Assembly (NCBI RefSeq): GCF_018350175.1
Contig: NC_058368.1
Location: 52,391,815-52,455,814, forward strand
Reading direction: 5' to 3'
Source of the DNA: Felis catus
Lineage: Eukaryota
DNA: 64,000 nucleotides
The translations under genes and the position numbers were made by a program. Positions 25,296 through 38,973 of this stretch are shown here, one piece after another; position 1 is the first letter of the stretch, and each line of letters opens with the position of its first letter. Below the pieces are notes generated by a model, which worked only from the letters and a program-made list of their open reading frames with translations, was not told where the DNA came from and ran no database searches.

Positions 25296-26448
25296 CAATA
25301 ATCCCCATGTACGGTGAATTAACAGTGATTCTCTACTTTTTTAAATGGTCCTGGATCTAATCAAATGGAGCTAAGCCGTGTCTTTTTAAATGGTGCTGAT
25401 CTCCCACCTTCACAATAATCAAAAAAGTGTAAGATGTATCTCAGACACAAAATGGTTTTATGCGGTAATTCACATGCAAAGTCTTTGAAAACAGGGAATG
25501 CAGGCTTATCCAATGTTACAACTCCAGATCCTGATATACAGAAGGCCCTCACAGATGTTTGCTGCAGCGAATTGAGTCAATTCTTGTGGATATCTTGTTG
25601 AATTGGTGAGTTGTAGTGAGTGACTGTAGGGAAGTGTCCGAGGTTCTTTCTAATTCAATATTTTTATTAATGTGTTGAGGGAAGATGCAGATCTCAAAAC
25701 ATATTCATAAAATTTTAAGATGATCCTAGCTTGGGAGGAGAACCAAACACCAGGGACACCAGAAATATAATCTAAAGAAGTTAGAACTGTCTACATAAAA
25801 AGAAACTTGGCCTTCAAAAATGTAAATGACTGAATATGGAAGAGATGGTCTGAATTTTTTTTTTCCTGGGTAGGGGAATAAAAGAAATCTGGAGTCTAAG
25901 AGTGATAATAATTTGCAAATTAGATCTGTGTTTAATGGGATGTGGCTGGAAACAGAGCCAGAGCTATTTTGGCCTGAATTTAGGGAGCTTCATGTAATAT
26001 GTGGCCAGGAAATTAATTGTCTTTCTCCATGCTATGCTGGAAGTTGAAAATTGCAAGGGTCCTAGTTTCACCCACTATTACTAACAACAAGAGCTAAAAT
26101 ACAAATTCAGAAACGTCAGATATGGATAAGAACAATAACAATTACTAATCACAGTTTATATAGATTGAGTAGCTTGGGTACCTACTATTAGCTTTCTTAG
26201 GTACTTTACTGGCACAATTGCTTAAGTACAATCTGTGACACAGCCTACCTGCTCTGATTAAATCTCAGAACTGCCCGCCTTTCAGGTGGATGTTTTTCCT
26301 GATCTTGCTGCTGAAAAAGACAAGCTAAAGAGCTCAAGTAATTTGTTTGTCAATCTAGTTTGTCAATCCAAAAGTCAATGAGTTTACAATTTCCGTATTT
26401 AGCTGAGAACAAAAAGATAAGAATGTAACATTTAGTTAAGAATGCTAT

Positions 26449-26662
26449 GGGGCGCCTGGGTGGCGCAGTCGGTTAAGCGTCCGACTTCAGCCAGGTCACG
26501 ATCTCGCGGTCCGTGAGTTCGAGCCCCGCGTCGGGCTCTGGGCTGATGGCTCAGAGCCTGGAGCCTGTTTCCGATTCTGTGTCTCCCTCTCTCTCTGCCC
26601 CTCCCCCGTTCGTGCTCTGTCTCTCTCTGTCCCCCAAAAAATAAATAAACGTTGAAAAAAAA
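26449..26662 (+). mobile_element. CanSINE (young, CpG-intact felid type)
   Basis: Near-consensus with many CpGs retained; TSD aagaatgcta / aagaatgtta. Confidence 0.97.
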
Positions 26663-26688
26663 AAGAATGTTACTAAATATTTTCTTTA

Positions 26689-26912
26689 GGGGCACCTGGA
26701 CAGCTCAGTAGGTTAAGCATCTGACTTCAGCTCAGGTCATGATCTCACAGTTCATGAGTTCAAGCTCCATGTCAGGCTCTGTGCTGACAGCTCAGAGCCT
26801 GGAGCCTGGTTCCAATTCTGTGTCTCCCACTCTCTGCCTCTCTCTCTCTCTCTCTCAGACACATTCTCTCTCTCTCCCTCCCCCCACCCTCAAAATTAGT
26901 AAATAAACATTT
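26689..26912 (+). mobile_element. CanSINE (older), tandem with the previous copy
   Basis: CpG-depleted body; flanked by tattt(t)tcttta on both sides. Confidence 0.92.
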
Positions 26913-29900
26913 AAAATTGTATTTTCTTTAACTAGCATGAACTATACATGTTCATGAGAGGAAATATGCCATGAAACTGTATTATATGTTATCCCATGAC
27001 ATTTGCTTGTTTGGGACATAGGAACCCTCTCCCTGGAAGAGCCTGTTGACATGTGATTCAAGAGCATCCTCTATTCAGTCTGTTGCCCATCTCAAATGCA
27101 GAAGGCCTTTCTATCTACTTGCCTCTACTGAGAGGAAAATAGCTCCGAACATGGGCTCCAGCACTAAGCTGGCAGTGGTTTCATTCATGTTCATGTTCAT
27201 GGTTTCATTCATTCATGTTCCTCCTCCACTGCATGTGGAGGATCATGTTGGCTGCATGATCATGCACAGGTTGATGTATCTCTTCGGGCTCTTTCCTCAA
27301 TATACTAGCATTAATATACCTATCAGAGTGGCTCAGTGAATTAATGTGAGCGAAATGAGATAATACCCAGGGCACAGTGAGCTCTGAGACGATATGAGTA
27401 ATTACTATCGGTTGGCGATGGTAATTACAACTAGTCCCATAGTCGGAGACCAGTGGCTCCATTTGGAAATCAGATTGGGAATTTCATAGGCAGGATGGCA
27501 ATGATGCCAGACGTTCCCCCACTGCACGCTGTCTGGTTCATCTTGGTTCATCTTTGTCTCTTTCCCCTTGTTCCCTTTCTCTCCTCCTTCCTGTCCTTGC
27601 CTTTACCACTCACCATTGTGAATTGTTTGCATATGAATCTACCCATTGATTCATACCTCTTGCTCCTGAGGACAAGGAAAAATGCCATTTTTTAATCCAG
27701 TAACGTTAACAGAGTGCTTTCTTAACAGTAAGAATCAATGACTTAAATCAAATTAAATTCCTTTAAACAATAACCAAAAAAAGCCCCACAACCCTCAAGT
27801 TTACCAAAGCAAAATGAACAGATACAAAGGGCAAATTGTATTCATTTGTTCTATATTTATGCTTCAGATTTAAGAATCAAGGCTCTGACTGATTATGTTA
27901 AAAACTCTGATTATTTTTAATCCAGAAAGAAATCTGTAATAATTTCCTAAAGAATGCATACAAGGCAGAAAGTAAACTTTAACAGCTATTGAATTTTATT
28001 AAGCCTTGGGCAAAAATCACATTCAGATCACAGGAGTTTCCTCTTAAGGAATAAAAAGGTAAAAAAAAGAAAGGAGAGGAGGACAGAGATACCTGCGAAG
28101 CACTGGTAAATTCAGAAGCTATCCACAACAGTCTGCTTTCTTGTCAGAAATAGCAAATTTTGTAACAATATATACATACAAGAGATCAATACATAAGTAA
28201 AATGGACAGAACACTTCCCATCTTTATTTGCTTCACAAGTATTTTTCGTTGCACTGGTCATTTGATGTCTTTTACAATACAACGAGTGAAATGTCTTTAT
28301 CACATGTCAGTGTCTAACAGTGGAAGAGGAGAGCACTACAGCTTATAGTAAGACACAAACAAAGTGCAGGCGTGTGAGTGTGCACCCACATAATCACCAA
28401 CACACGATTAAACCTTAGTTTAGGTCAAATTGTTCACTCTCAATTTTGATATGGTTGATTACACTTGACTTGCCATCATTATAATAAAAACCAGCACATG
28501 CTACACAAACACTCTACTGTTAAAAAAAAGTTCTGATATATGAATGTGGTAATCATCAGAACGTTCTGGGCAAAGAGCAGAAAACAAGGTGGTTCAAGAG
28601 CCAGCTATTAACATTAACTCATGCTGAGCACAGGGAATGAGGAATTTGAGTTTCTTTTACTTATCTTCGTTTTCTCTATAATACCTAGCATGATACCTTG
28701 GACATAGAAAATCAACCGTGGTTTTTGAATGCAAGGACAGTAGTGTTATAATGAAGCATGCAGACTGCAGTGGGGAAGTCAAATCTATTCCACTGCTCTA
28801 GACAAATCTCTACACCTACTGAGCTGTCCACTTCGGAATAGTTCCGATATAGTGAACTAGTTTAGTATCAGTAGAGTGGCATCCTAGTGCAGAACTGAAG
28901 TTCTTGTTCCTTCCCTTGCTGCTGACCTATATTACTCATTACACAGATTAACCACAGAAAATTTATGTCAGTCTTTCAAAAAGTGAATTCATTGCCCCAG
29001 AAATTGTGGTTGGGAAAATGTGGAGATAGTTTCATTTTTCATTAAGATTCAGAACCACTGTTATTAGATAAAGAAGAACACATACGGGGGTGGGGGCTGG
29101 GGAGAGAGTCATAGAACACACAGGTGAATGCAAAGAGTTGAAGAAAGTACTCAACGGGCTCCAAAGGAGTGGGAGAAAATTCTAGTAGCTCTGTTGAATC
29201 AGTACATTTGTGGCCTCTGATTAGCCTGTGACCACTATCCAAATGGAAAGCTTTTGGGCTGCTCTGTAGGCTGTATACAGAAAAGGAAGATTTCTCTACA
29301 GTACCTAACATATAGTTAGGTGTTGGGCATAGTAAGATTTCCAGTGGTTTCTGAATGCAACAGCAGTAAAGACGAAACCCTGAGATAGCTGAGATCTGTA
29401 GCATGATTTATCATTGCTCTTGAGTTGTTTTTTCAGATCCTTAGAGTAACTGCCCGAGCAAAGAAGGGAGGGGATTATGTTCCATTTTTGTTGTAGCTTA
29501 TCCAAGATCACAGACTCCTAAGTTTCCTTTGTTTTCTGCCTCCTGGTTGAGTTGCTTTTCCACTCTCTTTCACACTGCCTCTCTTAGACTAGAGGTCAAC
29601 ACCCTCCTAATGCTATTCTTGAAAAATATCTATCTTTCTGGACTCTACCTACTTAGAATGCAGCACACAGCTATCTCATTTCGTGCAAAGCTCTTAGAAT
29701 CTACCTTGGCCTGCTTAGTCTGGGAATGTCTTTCTGTCTGCTACTCGCCTACTGTGAATATCCTTAGGTTCTGCCCTATGCAGTCTTGAACCTTGAACCT
29801 GATTCATTCAGAGGGGCTTTAAATTGTTTTTCTTTTCTGCAGGCTGAAGTATGCATCCTACCACCCTGCCATGAAAAGCAGTTGGGCCATTTCCCAGGAA

Positions 29901-30905
29901 CCTCTTGGGACGCTATTCACCTTTTTTACTCAGAGTCATCCTCCTCTTGAGACATAAGGCATTTGGAAAAACACAAAGCTTTGGGACATAACATTCCCTG
30001 GGAGACTTTAGGTGGTAGGAACCATACCGAGGCCCTAGGGGACTCATTGTCCTAAGCAAATAAATTATATTCTCCCTTTTCCTTTAGCAACACCTTCCAA
30101 AATATTGTCTAAGCACTATTTTTAAACCAAAGAATATGTAAGAAGCGTTATTTCTGCAGAGGAGCTGATATTTGTCCAGAGCCTGGGAAGGAATGGAAAA
30201 ACAGAGAATAAGTTGGTTAGCTATCGTAGCCCTGATGAGCAAGCTTGAAAACCATGACTTCAGGGTAGGAGACTTGGTTCTGTGTCCTCTTTGTGTTTTT
30301 GCCAGCTGAGATGCTCTGGCTGGGCTGGAGGCCCTGAGTGCAAACAGAGGGAAGTCAAAGCCCTGCACAGAAATCCCTTCTTGTATTTCACCCAGACAGA
30401 GAATGCAAACCTTGCCACTGTTTCTCCCTTGCCAACACGGCCCATCCTCTCTCTCCCCACATACCAGCTTACATGACTGGTAGGAATAATCTCCATCCTC
30501 AAAGAGTCAGGAGCCTGCCGGCCTACATACTGGCACATTATCAGAATGGAGACAGTAAAACTAGAAATTTAGTGAAGATTTGTATAGAATTTCCTCCAGC
30601 TCTGGAGGAATTGTGTGTGATTATATCTAAAATCCAATAAATGCTATTGATTGAACTAATATACCTATTTCTAAAGGCTAAAACAAGTGGAAGAGAAGAG
30701 TCCTCATAATATTATGTTATGCCCAGGGACTACCCACGGGACAGAATTCCAAGAACAAAGACACTACCACACTAGGAAAAAAAGACAACAGTTCCATGAG
30801 CTAGAGCAGAGAAATGGTGATAAACCAAGAAGATAATCTAGAAATAGTATGGAAACAGGAAGAGGAGGGGAGCCTGGTGGACTGACTATAGAAGTAGAGA
30901 TAGGA

Positions 30906-31008
30906 GGGGTGCTTGCGTTGTTCAGTTGGTTAAACGTCTAACTCCTGATTTCGGCTCAGGTCACGATCTCAGTTCCTGAGTTCGAGCCCCGCGTCAGGCC
31001 TGCTTGTG

Positions 31009-31060
<52 letters not shown>

Positions 31061-31108
31061 TCTCTGCCCCTCCCCACGCTCTCAAAAGTAAATAAACACT
31101 ATTTTAAA
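30906..31108 (+). mobile_element. CanSINE with a long (CT)n microsatellite
   Basis: Head, internally shortened body, (CT)n of about 22 units; TSD tagagatagga on both sides. Confidence 0.92.
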
Positions 31109-32143
31109 AAGACCTAGAGATAGGAGAATTGCATAGGCTCTACGGATGGTCTCAGGATAGGTCCTGTATTCTGCAACATGAAGCATTCACTGTAGCATTG
31201 GTTCTAGGGCTTTTTCTAAATCAGAAATGGAGTTATAAATCAGCTTACCACTTCTCAACACCACGAGTTCCAACCAGAAAACTTTCCTTGGATCATGGGA
31301 GGCTCTGTGGATTTCCACGTTCTTCCAGGCTAAAGGTCTCTGACAATAACAAATACTGAAATTTTCCTTTAAAAAAATATTGAGCTCTTCTCCACTAATT
31401 TCAACTCTCAAAGAACAGCAATTTATTTTAAAAATTTCACAAATGCAAAAAGATCATTTCACAAAATGTGCTACACTTGTTCTTAGGTCTTACCTCATGT
31501 AATTGACATGCAAAATACCAATGAACTGAACTTAGCATATTTTACAACTGGAGAGAACATAGAAAGATTTAAGTCTCAGAAAAAGGGGGAAGATTCTTTT
31601 AAGATTAATAATAACCCACAGTTCCCTTTCTAGTCAAGCAGTTTAGTGTTATGCAAGCTGGTATTTCCAGAATTCTGCATTTTTAAATTAAAGCCCAAAA
31701 GGAGTATATGCATTCATGGGAGATACTTTATCATTGTGGACTGCTAACCAATCTCACCCTAGTCAATCTGCCTTCAGGTGTGCACGGAGCTTTATCACAG
31801 AAGAGTTGAGCACCATTAAAACACTTCGCATAAACATTTGGAGATGACGGGAAACTTGGTGCTCTCTTGGTCCAACCTCACTCAAGTACCCCTGGCAGGG
31901 GCTCATTTTGCACTTACCGTAACACACCAGAGATAGGGGACTCACCGAAGCACTTTCATTATTACAATTCTCTTTCATACGTGAACTGCAATATGCCTTC
32001 TTATGATCATAGACCATGGGTCCTGCTTATAACCTTTGAAGCAACACAAAATAACCGTGGTCCTCTTCCAAATAAGCTAATTTAGACTACTGAAACAATT
32101 ATATATTCATTATCTCTCCTCTACAGATTTAATACTGATTCTT

Positions 32144-32373
32144 CTTTTTTTTTTTTAATTTATCTTTTAACGTTTATTTTTAAGAGGCAGAGAGAGGCAG
32201 AGAGCGAGCAGGGGAGGGGCAGAAAGAGAGAGAGGGAGACACAGAATCTGAAGCAGGCTCCAGGCTCTGAGCTGTCAGCACAGAGCCCGACATGGGGCTG
32301 GAACCCACAAACTGTGAGATCATGACCTGAGCCGAAGTCAGACGCTTAACCAACTGAGCCACCCAGGGACCCC
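32144..32373 (-). mobile_element. CanSINE
   Basis: Reverse-complement element; degenerate TSD aatactgattcttctt / agtattaattcttctt. Confidence 0.93.
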
Positions 32374-32712
32374 AGTATTAATTCTTCTTAACATGGCTTG
32401 GCCACTCATTCTCAACATGCATTGCCATTGATCTACATTTCTCTGAAGGTGAAGCACAGGTAAATAGAAATGGTGCAAAATGGCTTGATATGGGTACGGG
32501 ATCAAGTGTGCTTCTTCCCTCTTTAGGTCTGAATTCTATACTCTTACTAGTAGAGCTCAAGGGTGTATTCACTTTCCAGTGACTACCTTCCCTGGTTATC
32601 TCATATCAAAATCCCTTTCCTATCTTTTTAACATAAACATTTTATGTCAAGTCTCCCCTTAACCTCTTCATATATAATTTCTTTTTGAACAAAGAGAAAG
32701 AAGTTAATCTTT

Positions 32713-32922
32713 GGGGCACCTGGGTGGCTCAGTCGGTCAGGCATCAGAGTCTTGATTTCAGTTCAGGTCATGATCTCACGGTTTGTGAGTTTGAGCCCCG
32801 AGTCGGACTCTGTGCTGACAGAGTGGAGCTTTGCGTGGGATTCTCTCTCACTCCTCTCTCTCTGCCATCCCCCACTTGCTCTCTGTCTCTCTCTCAAAAT
32901 AAATAAAAATAAACTTAAAAAA
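32713..32922 (+). mobile_element. CanSINE
   Basis: Head, CT tract and tail; TSD aagttaatcttt on both sides. Confidence 0.93.
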
Positions 32923-33774
32923 ATAAGTTAATCTTTGCTAACTATGTACCACATAATACCTTGTATCTAATTTCTCACAGCACTAAACTTGGAATAATGT
33001 TTCTGCCCCTTCCACAAAACCTTAAGGGATTGAGTTTATTTGGTTTACCATTGTGTCCACAGGGTCTAACAGAATGCCTAGTACAAACTAAACACTCAAA
33101 ATGAAATTTGCTGACTGAACGAATGGAAGAGAAGAGTCAGCGCTTGATTGGTCAGGAAGGAATGTGATCAGAAGTCAGTCAACTGAAACAAGACCAACAC
33201 GGTTAGCCTAAAGGTTGCCTGTGCCTTCAGACCAGAGACTTGTGTTCATGCTTAACCTACTGCTTTATCTGCCTCACGTCTGGATTTCATGGGTTTTATG
33301 ACACGGAGGGAGTCTCTCGTCTTACAGACACATTGCCCAACTACCTACCTCCAAAGCCAGCCTCCCTAATCCTTATTACGACCGCTTCTGCCACCATCGT
33401 CCCCCTCCCTACCCAATTCCAAATGAGTCTGATTTTGCTTCCGTCTTCAGCAACTCCTTCACCTTATTTTTGACAAACCCAATTAAAATGTATGAATGCA
33501 GTTTCCTGAAATATCTAAAGTAATTTTACTTAAGGCTTTAAATAAGATTAAATTAATTTAAAAATATATCTATTGGGTTAAAAAGCAGATCTATATTAAT
33601 TCTCTTCTCTTTAATTTCAATGAAAGCATTTAAAAATTTAATCACTCTTAAATTTTACTTTTGTTAACCATAAAAAGATGCTCTTCAAATTAATTGTTTT
33701 GAAGTCAAACTTGATATTTTAAAAAAAGGTAGAAAATTTATGATCAACTACATTTTTTGCCTGTCAGTGTAAAA

Positions 33775-33990
33775 ACAATTTTTTAAAGTGTTTTATGTTT
33801 AGAACAAGGAGGCAGAGAGAGAGACAGAACACAAAGGAGGCAGGGGCAGAGACAGAGAGGGAGACACAGAATCTGAAGCAGGCTCCAGGCTGTTGTGAAC
33901 ACAGAGCCAGACACAGGGCCCAAACTCAGGAACTGCGAGATCATGACATGAGTTGAAGTCAGATGCTTAGCTGAGCCACCCAGGCGCCCC
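33775..33990 (-). mobile_element. CanSINE
   Basis: Reverse-complement element; TSD tgcctgtcagt on both sides. Confidence 0.92.
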
Positions 33991-34052
33991 TGCCTGTCAG
34001 TTTTAAGGAGGGTTAGTACATAGTTCTGAAAATATTCCTGTAAAGACAAACC

Positions 34053-34068
34053 AAAAAGAAAAAAAGGA

Positions 34069-34111
<43 letters not shown>

Positions 34112-34113
34112 GA

Positions 34114-34161
<48 letters not shown>

Positions 34162-34168
34162 GAAAAAA
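34053..34168 (+). repeat. (GAAA)n tetranucleotide microsatellite
   Basis: More than 20 GAAA units with one GGAAA interruption. Confidence 0.97.
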
Positions 34169-34269
34169 CAACATGTTTTAGTAGCTTGAAAACATGTCTA
34201 CAAATTCTTTATACTCCTTTTGGAAGTTAGAGCTTTGAGCGTGAGCTAGGCTTTGTGACCTTTTTGGTA

Positions 34270-34762
34270 CGTGGTTAAAAAACCCACATAACATAAATTT
34301 ACCATCTTAACCACTTTTAAGTGTACGACTCAGTAGTGTAAAGTATAATCACGTTCACAGTGTGAAACAGAGCTCTCTGGAATTTCTTCATCTTGCAGAT
34401 TAGAACTCTATGCCTGATAAACAACTTCCTCAGACCTAGGGACCACCATCCTACTTTCTATGTATTTGAGTACTTGAGATGCCTCCTGTAAGTGGAATCA
34501 TGAAACATTGTCTTTTTGTGACTGAGGGGCTTATTTCACTTAACATAATGTCCTCAAGGGTCACCTCTGGTATAGCTTATAGCAGGATTTCCTTATTTTT
34601 TTAGGCTGAATAATATCCCATTGTATGTATATACCACCTTTTGCGTATCAGTTTATGAGCTGATGGGCATTTGGGTTGCTTCCACCTTTTGGCTAAAAGG
34701 AACATGGGAACAAGAATATATCAAGACCTTGATTTCAATACTTTTAGATATATACCCAGAGA
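34270..34762 (-). mobile_element. L1MB-like 3' end fragment
   Basis: acataaatttaccatcttaacc..ttttaagtgtac...taagtggaatcat...cttatttcacttaacataatgtcctcaagg. Confidence 0.85.
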
Positions 34763-34899
34763 CATATAGTCCTGGTTTGCTAAAGAACCCATGCTTGGAG
34801 GGATGTGGAAGGCTTCCTAGGGGAATTAGCAATTCAGTCCTGAGGGGAAATCAACCATATTTAAGCTTCTCCATTTTTCATCCCAAATCATAGTGTTCT

Positions 34900-35690
34900 C
34901 TAAGAACCCTGAGTTTTTCTTCTTCAAATTTTCAATGCTGGAGTGTTCAGGGGTTGAGAATCTTCAGACCACTTCTCTTTTTCATCTCCACTCATTCTCT
35001 TGGGGATCTCATTTACTCACTCTCTTTAAATATCATCCAAATAGCAATAGGCCCTAAATTAATATCTCTCCCCGAACTTCCTACTTGTATATCCAGCGTC
35101 TTACTTGGCATCACCACTTGGATAGCTAGTAATCCTCTCAAAATCTTGTGTCCCAAATTGAGATCCTCATATGCCCTGTCCCCCATTTTATCCATCTCAG
35201 TTAATGGATTTCCATTCTTCCAGTTGCTCAGGCCAAAAACATTGGAATCATCCTTGGCTTCTCTCTCTCATGGCTGGTCCATTAGTACCTACTGTCAGCC
35301 GTAGCTTCACTGTTTTTCCTGAATCTGATCAATTCTCACCACGTCCACTATTACCACAAGTCCAAGCATGATCAGATCATCTCTCACCTGGATTGCCTCC
35401 TTACTGGCCTTGTGTTACACAGTCACCTCAACATAGCAGCCAAGGGATCCTGCTAAACTATCAGGCCACTCCTCTGTTCAAAATGTCCTGTGCTTTCGTA
35501 TCTTGCCCAGAGTAAAGGGTAAAGTCCTTAACATACCCTATGATTTCCTATATAATCTGATTATATCCTCCCCATCACCTCTCTCACTTCCTCTCCTACA
35601 GGGATTTTTGTGGGTTTTGGTTATATCCCTACAGGAGACAACAGTGCCTGGCACAATTAGTATTTCATGATTAGTATTTGTTGATGAGCG
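34900..35690 (-). mobile_element. L2 (L2a-like) fragment
   Basis: ccatctcagttaatgg...cagttgctcaggccaaaa...acagtgcctggcaca...agtatttgttga. Confidence 0.8.
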
Positions 35691-36249
35691 ACCTTCTCTC
35701 CTTTCCATGTCATGTTACAGACAGTATTCCTTCTCTCTCTGGCTAGTCCTCCGTGCCCCTGCCAGTCATGCTTAGACTATTGGTCTCTCAAGAATCTCTC
35801 TTTCATCTATATTCTCTCGCAACCAGTGATCCTGTGACCCTGACTCTACTCAAGTTTTCCAATCCTGATGTAAACAAGCAAGTAGATAAAAATATTTCTC
35901 CCAATTATCCTTTTAAGCAATCATTCTCCTTTTGGCCATGGTCAAACCACCCAACAGGTAATTTTTAAGGAAAAAAGAAATACATATCCCAAGCCTCTAC
36001 TTTGTACTCAATTAATGTTCCGAGTCTGGCCCCTGTTATCATCATGTTACAAAAACTACTCTCCAATCATCACCACAATGTGCCAAATCCAATACCCTTT
36101 TTCACAGTTCTTAACCTTCTGTTTCTCCCTGGAGAACTGGATGTTACTTTCAGTGATCTCAAGTGTCTCAAATCTCTCAAAAATAAATTCCAAAAATGAT
36201 TATGATTCACTTTCATTTTGTAAACAAAAGTATGCCACAGAAATCCTTT

Positions 36250-37200
36250 AAGAGATAATTCTTTGGCTTCTCTGGAGCATCTTTGCTTTCCTTCTAGCCC
36301 TCTGACTGTCTCTTCCTTGTATTCTCTGGATTCCCTCCTGATTTTGTTTTGTTTTGTTTTGTTTTGTTTTGTTTTGTTTCCTGAATGTAGATGTTGCCCA
36401 AGCATCTATTCTTAGACTTTGTCATTTCTTTGTACACTGTTCCTTCTTTTTTTTTTTTTAACTTTTTTTTAATTTATTTTTGAGACAGGGAGAGACAGAG
36501 CATGAACAGGGGAGGGTCAGAGAGAGGGAGATACAGAATCTGAAACAGGCTCCAGGCTCTGAGCTGTCAGCACAGAGCCTGACGCGGGGCTCAAACTCAT
36601 GGACCGCGAGATCATGACCTGAGCTGAAGTCGGCGGCATAACCGACTGAGCCACCCAGGCGCCCCTGTACACTGTTCCTTCTTAATCGTGCACTCCAGGA
36701 CTCTGCTTTCAGACCTGATCTCCTTTCCAAACCTCTGGCACACAGTTCTGATTGCTCCTATCTCTCTCCTCTTGGACATTCCACTGATACCTCAAAGTCA
36801 AATACTTTCAAAGCTATTTCATTCTCTTTCTCCAAACCTGATCTCTCTTGATGTTTCCTAATCTCAGCATTAGCATGGATTTCCTTCCTGCCTGTACATC
36901 TGGGGCAACGCTGTCTGTCCTACCTCTATTGTGTTGCTCATAATTGCTCCCCTCTCTCCATCCACTCTGCCACTACTAGACTCCTGATTTCTGCCATGTC
37001 TCTCTGGCAAGAGTGTAAAAGCTTTCTAATCAGCCATCTCATCTCAGGTCTCTCCTTCTCTCAACTCATTTTCCACACTCTTACCAGATCAATCTTCTTT
37101 CAGAAAAGGTATGGTCATAGCCATGCCTGCTTAAAACCCATTTTCGACAGTGCATTGCCCATAGATCTAAACCTGTTCGCTGGCATTCAAGATCTTCGTA
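36250..37200 (-). mobile_element. L2 fragment, interrupted by a CanSINE
   Basis: Pyrimidine-rich diverged L2 motifs such as cttggacattccactgatacctcaaagtcaa and ctcattttccacact. Confidence 0.55.
36449..36665 (-). mobile_element. CanSINE (felid)
   Basis: Perfect 18-bp TSD tgtacactgttccttctt at 36431-36448 and 36666-36683. Confidence 0.96.
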
Positions 37201-38084
37201 ATTGGGGTTTTTTGCAGGAAAAAAAGTTATTGGGGGAAAAAAGTTGTTTTGTTGGTGTCCGGGACTAGATCTAGAATTTGTACCCTTCAAACAGCAGGCT
37301 ACTTACTGAGCTCCCACTCTAGAACTCTCTGGATGATCCAGGAACCTCATTTCTTTTAGGTCACATGGGACATTTATCCTCATCCCCCTGAGAACTTCCA
37401 GCATCACTCAGGTGCCAGGTTCTAGTTCTCTGGTATAGTTGGAGTTTCATGAGACAGCATTAGTGTCCCCATGGGACCTGACAGGCTCATTGGACTCTCA
37501 AGTGTCTCCTCATCAGAAGATTGCCTTCTGAGTGTCCCCTTTTATCTTGGTCAGGGGAACAGAGAGTCATCCCGTTTTTACATGTACTTTCAACCATCAC
37601 CTTGAAAATTTGACTTGAAAGATAAGCTCTTGTGGAGTATGGAAAGTAAACATAGTGATTTCTCAATCATATCATATAACAAATTATTAGACAAGGTTTC
37701 CAATGATCTTTAATGGTTGATGTCTAACAGGGATTCACAGACAGCATGCCATCAGCTCTACCAAGTCACGATGGTCTCTTTAAACTGTCAAGGTCCCAAA
37801 GCTAACAACCTTCACATAACTTTCCACTGATCTTTCTGTTTTCAAAGTATGTGGGCTTGACATTAAACAAAAATCACATTAATCTCTACCGACTTTGAGG
37901 GTGAGTTAGAACATGTTTGTGTGGAAGGGAGGGAATGGAGGAGAAGAGGAAGTAAGCAGAAAATTGGGGAAAGAGAAGATAAAGTTCACTACTTTAGAAT
38001 TTCCAAAATATTCAACATTAGGAAAAGTTTTCTATATCACATACTGGAACACAAGGTCTTAGCCTCCAAGAAACATCTATTCTG

Positions 38085-38085
<1 letters not shown>

Positions 38086-38118
<33 letters not shown>
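38086..38118 (+). repeat. poly(A) tract
   Basis: About 32 consecutive A. Confidence 0.9.
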
Positions 38119-38120
<2 letters not shown>

Positions 38121-38471
38121 AGGCAAACAAACATAGAAAATACAAAGAGATTTAAATCTCTTTATAACTTTGCCATGAGTGGATACACTGAACGGCAAGC
38201 GATGGGATTAGTGTTCACCAACCCTGGCAGAAGACATAGAGGCTCTCTACAGAGCACAGAAGGTGACACACTTAGGACAATAGGAATAGGGCCTTCAGAT
38301 TTCCATTCACTTTTACAACCAACATAGAAAGGCAGACTCAGGGTCAAAGCACAAAGCCAACAATCCTTTTGCAATAAAACGGAGAAAAAGATGACCCGAT
38401 TCATAGTTTGCGTTACCTTCCTTATTCTCTGGGCGAGAATATGGACAATCTTGATAGATTCACATAGATCC

Positions 38472-38973
38472 TGTCAACAAATACCTGTTGGTGGTTCTTG
38501 ACCAAACTTCAGTCAGGCTCCTCTGAGCCCTTTTCTCAACCAGGCCTCAACCTTGGCCCCCATCCTTACTGGGCCTGCGTAGCCCAAGTTTTAGCAAGAA
38601 TCCTGCTAAGTCTGTTTAGCAAGAATATCTAACCTTTGATATCTGATTATCCTTGAAATCTAATCAAATTCTTCATCCCCTGCCCTCAATATCTGATCAC
38701 CCTGGTCTGCCTTCAGTAAAAATCTTGTTAGGTGGGTTTATAAGAATTCCCCCACCCTTGATACCACCTCTTGGTAATTTTCCATCCACTGAACTGCCTT
38801 ACTCTGCTCATTGGCTATAAATCCTGATTTGTTCTTGCTATATTCAGTGAGCACCACTGAGTATCACCTCTACACTGAGGTCTCTTTTCCTTTACTATGG
38901 CAGTTCCTGAAAAAAAAAAAAAAATCTGTTCTTACCTCTTTAAAGTACTGTCAGGCTCTGGTTCTCTCTAACA
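38472..38973 (+). mobile_element. MER31-like ERV1 solo LTR
   Basis: TG...CA ends; ttgaccaaacttcagtcaggctcctctgagccc, tttagcaagaatcctgctaag repeats, ttggctataaat TATA region. Confidence 0.85.
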
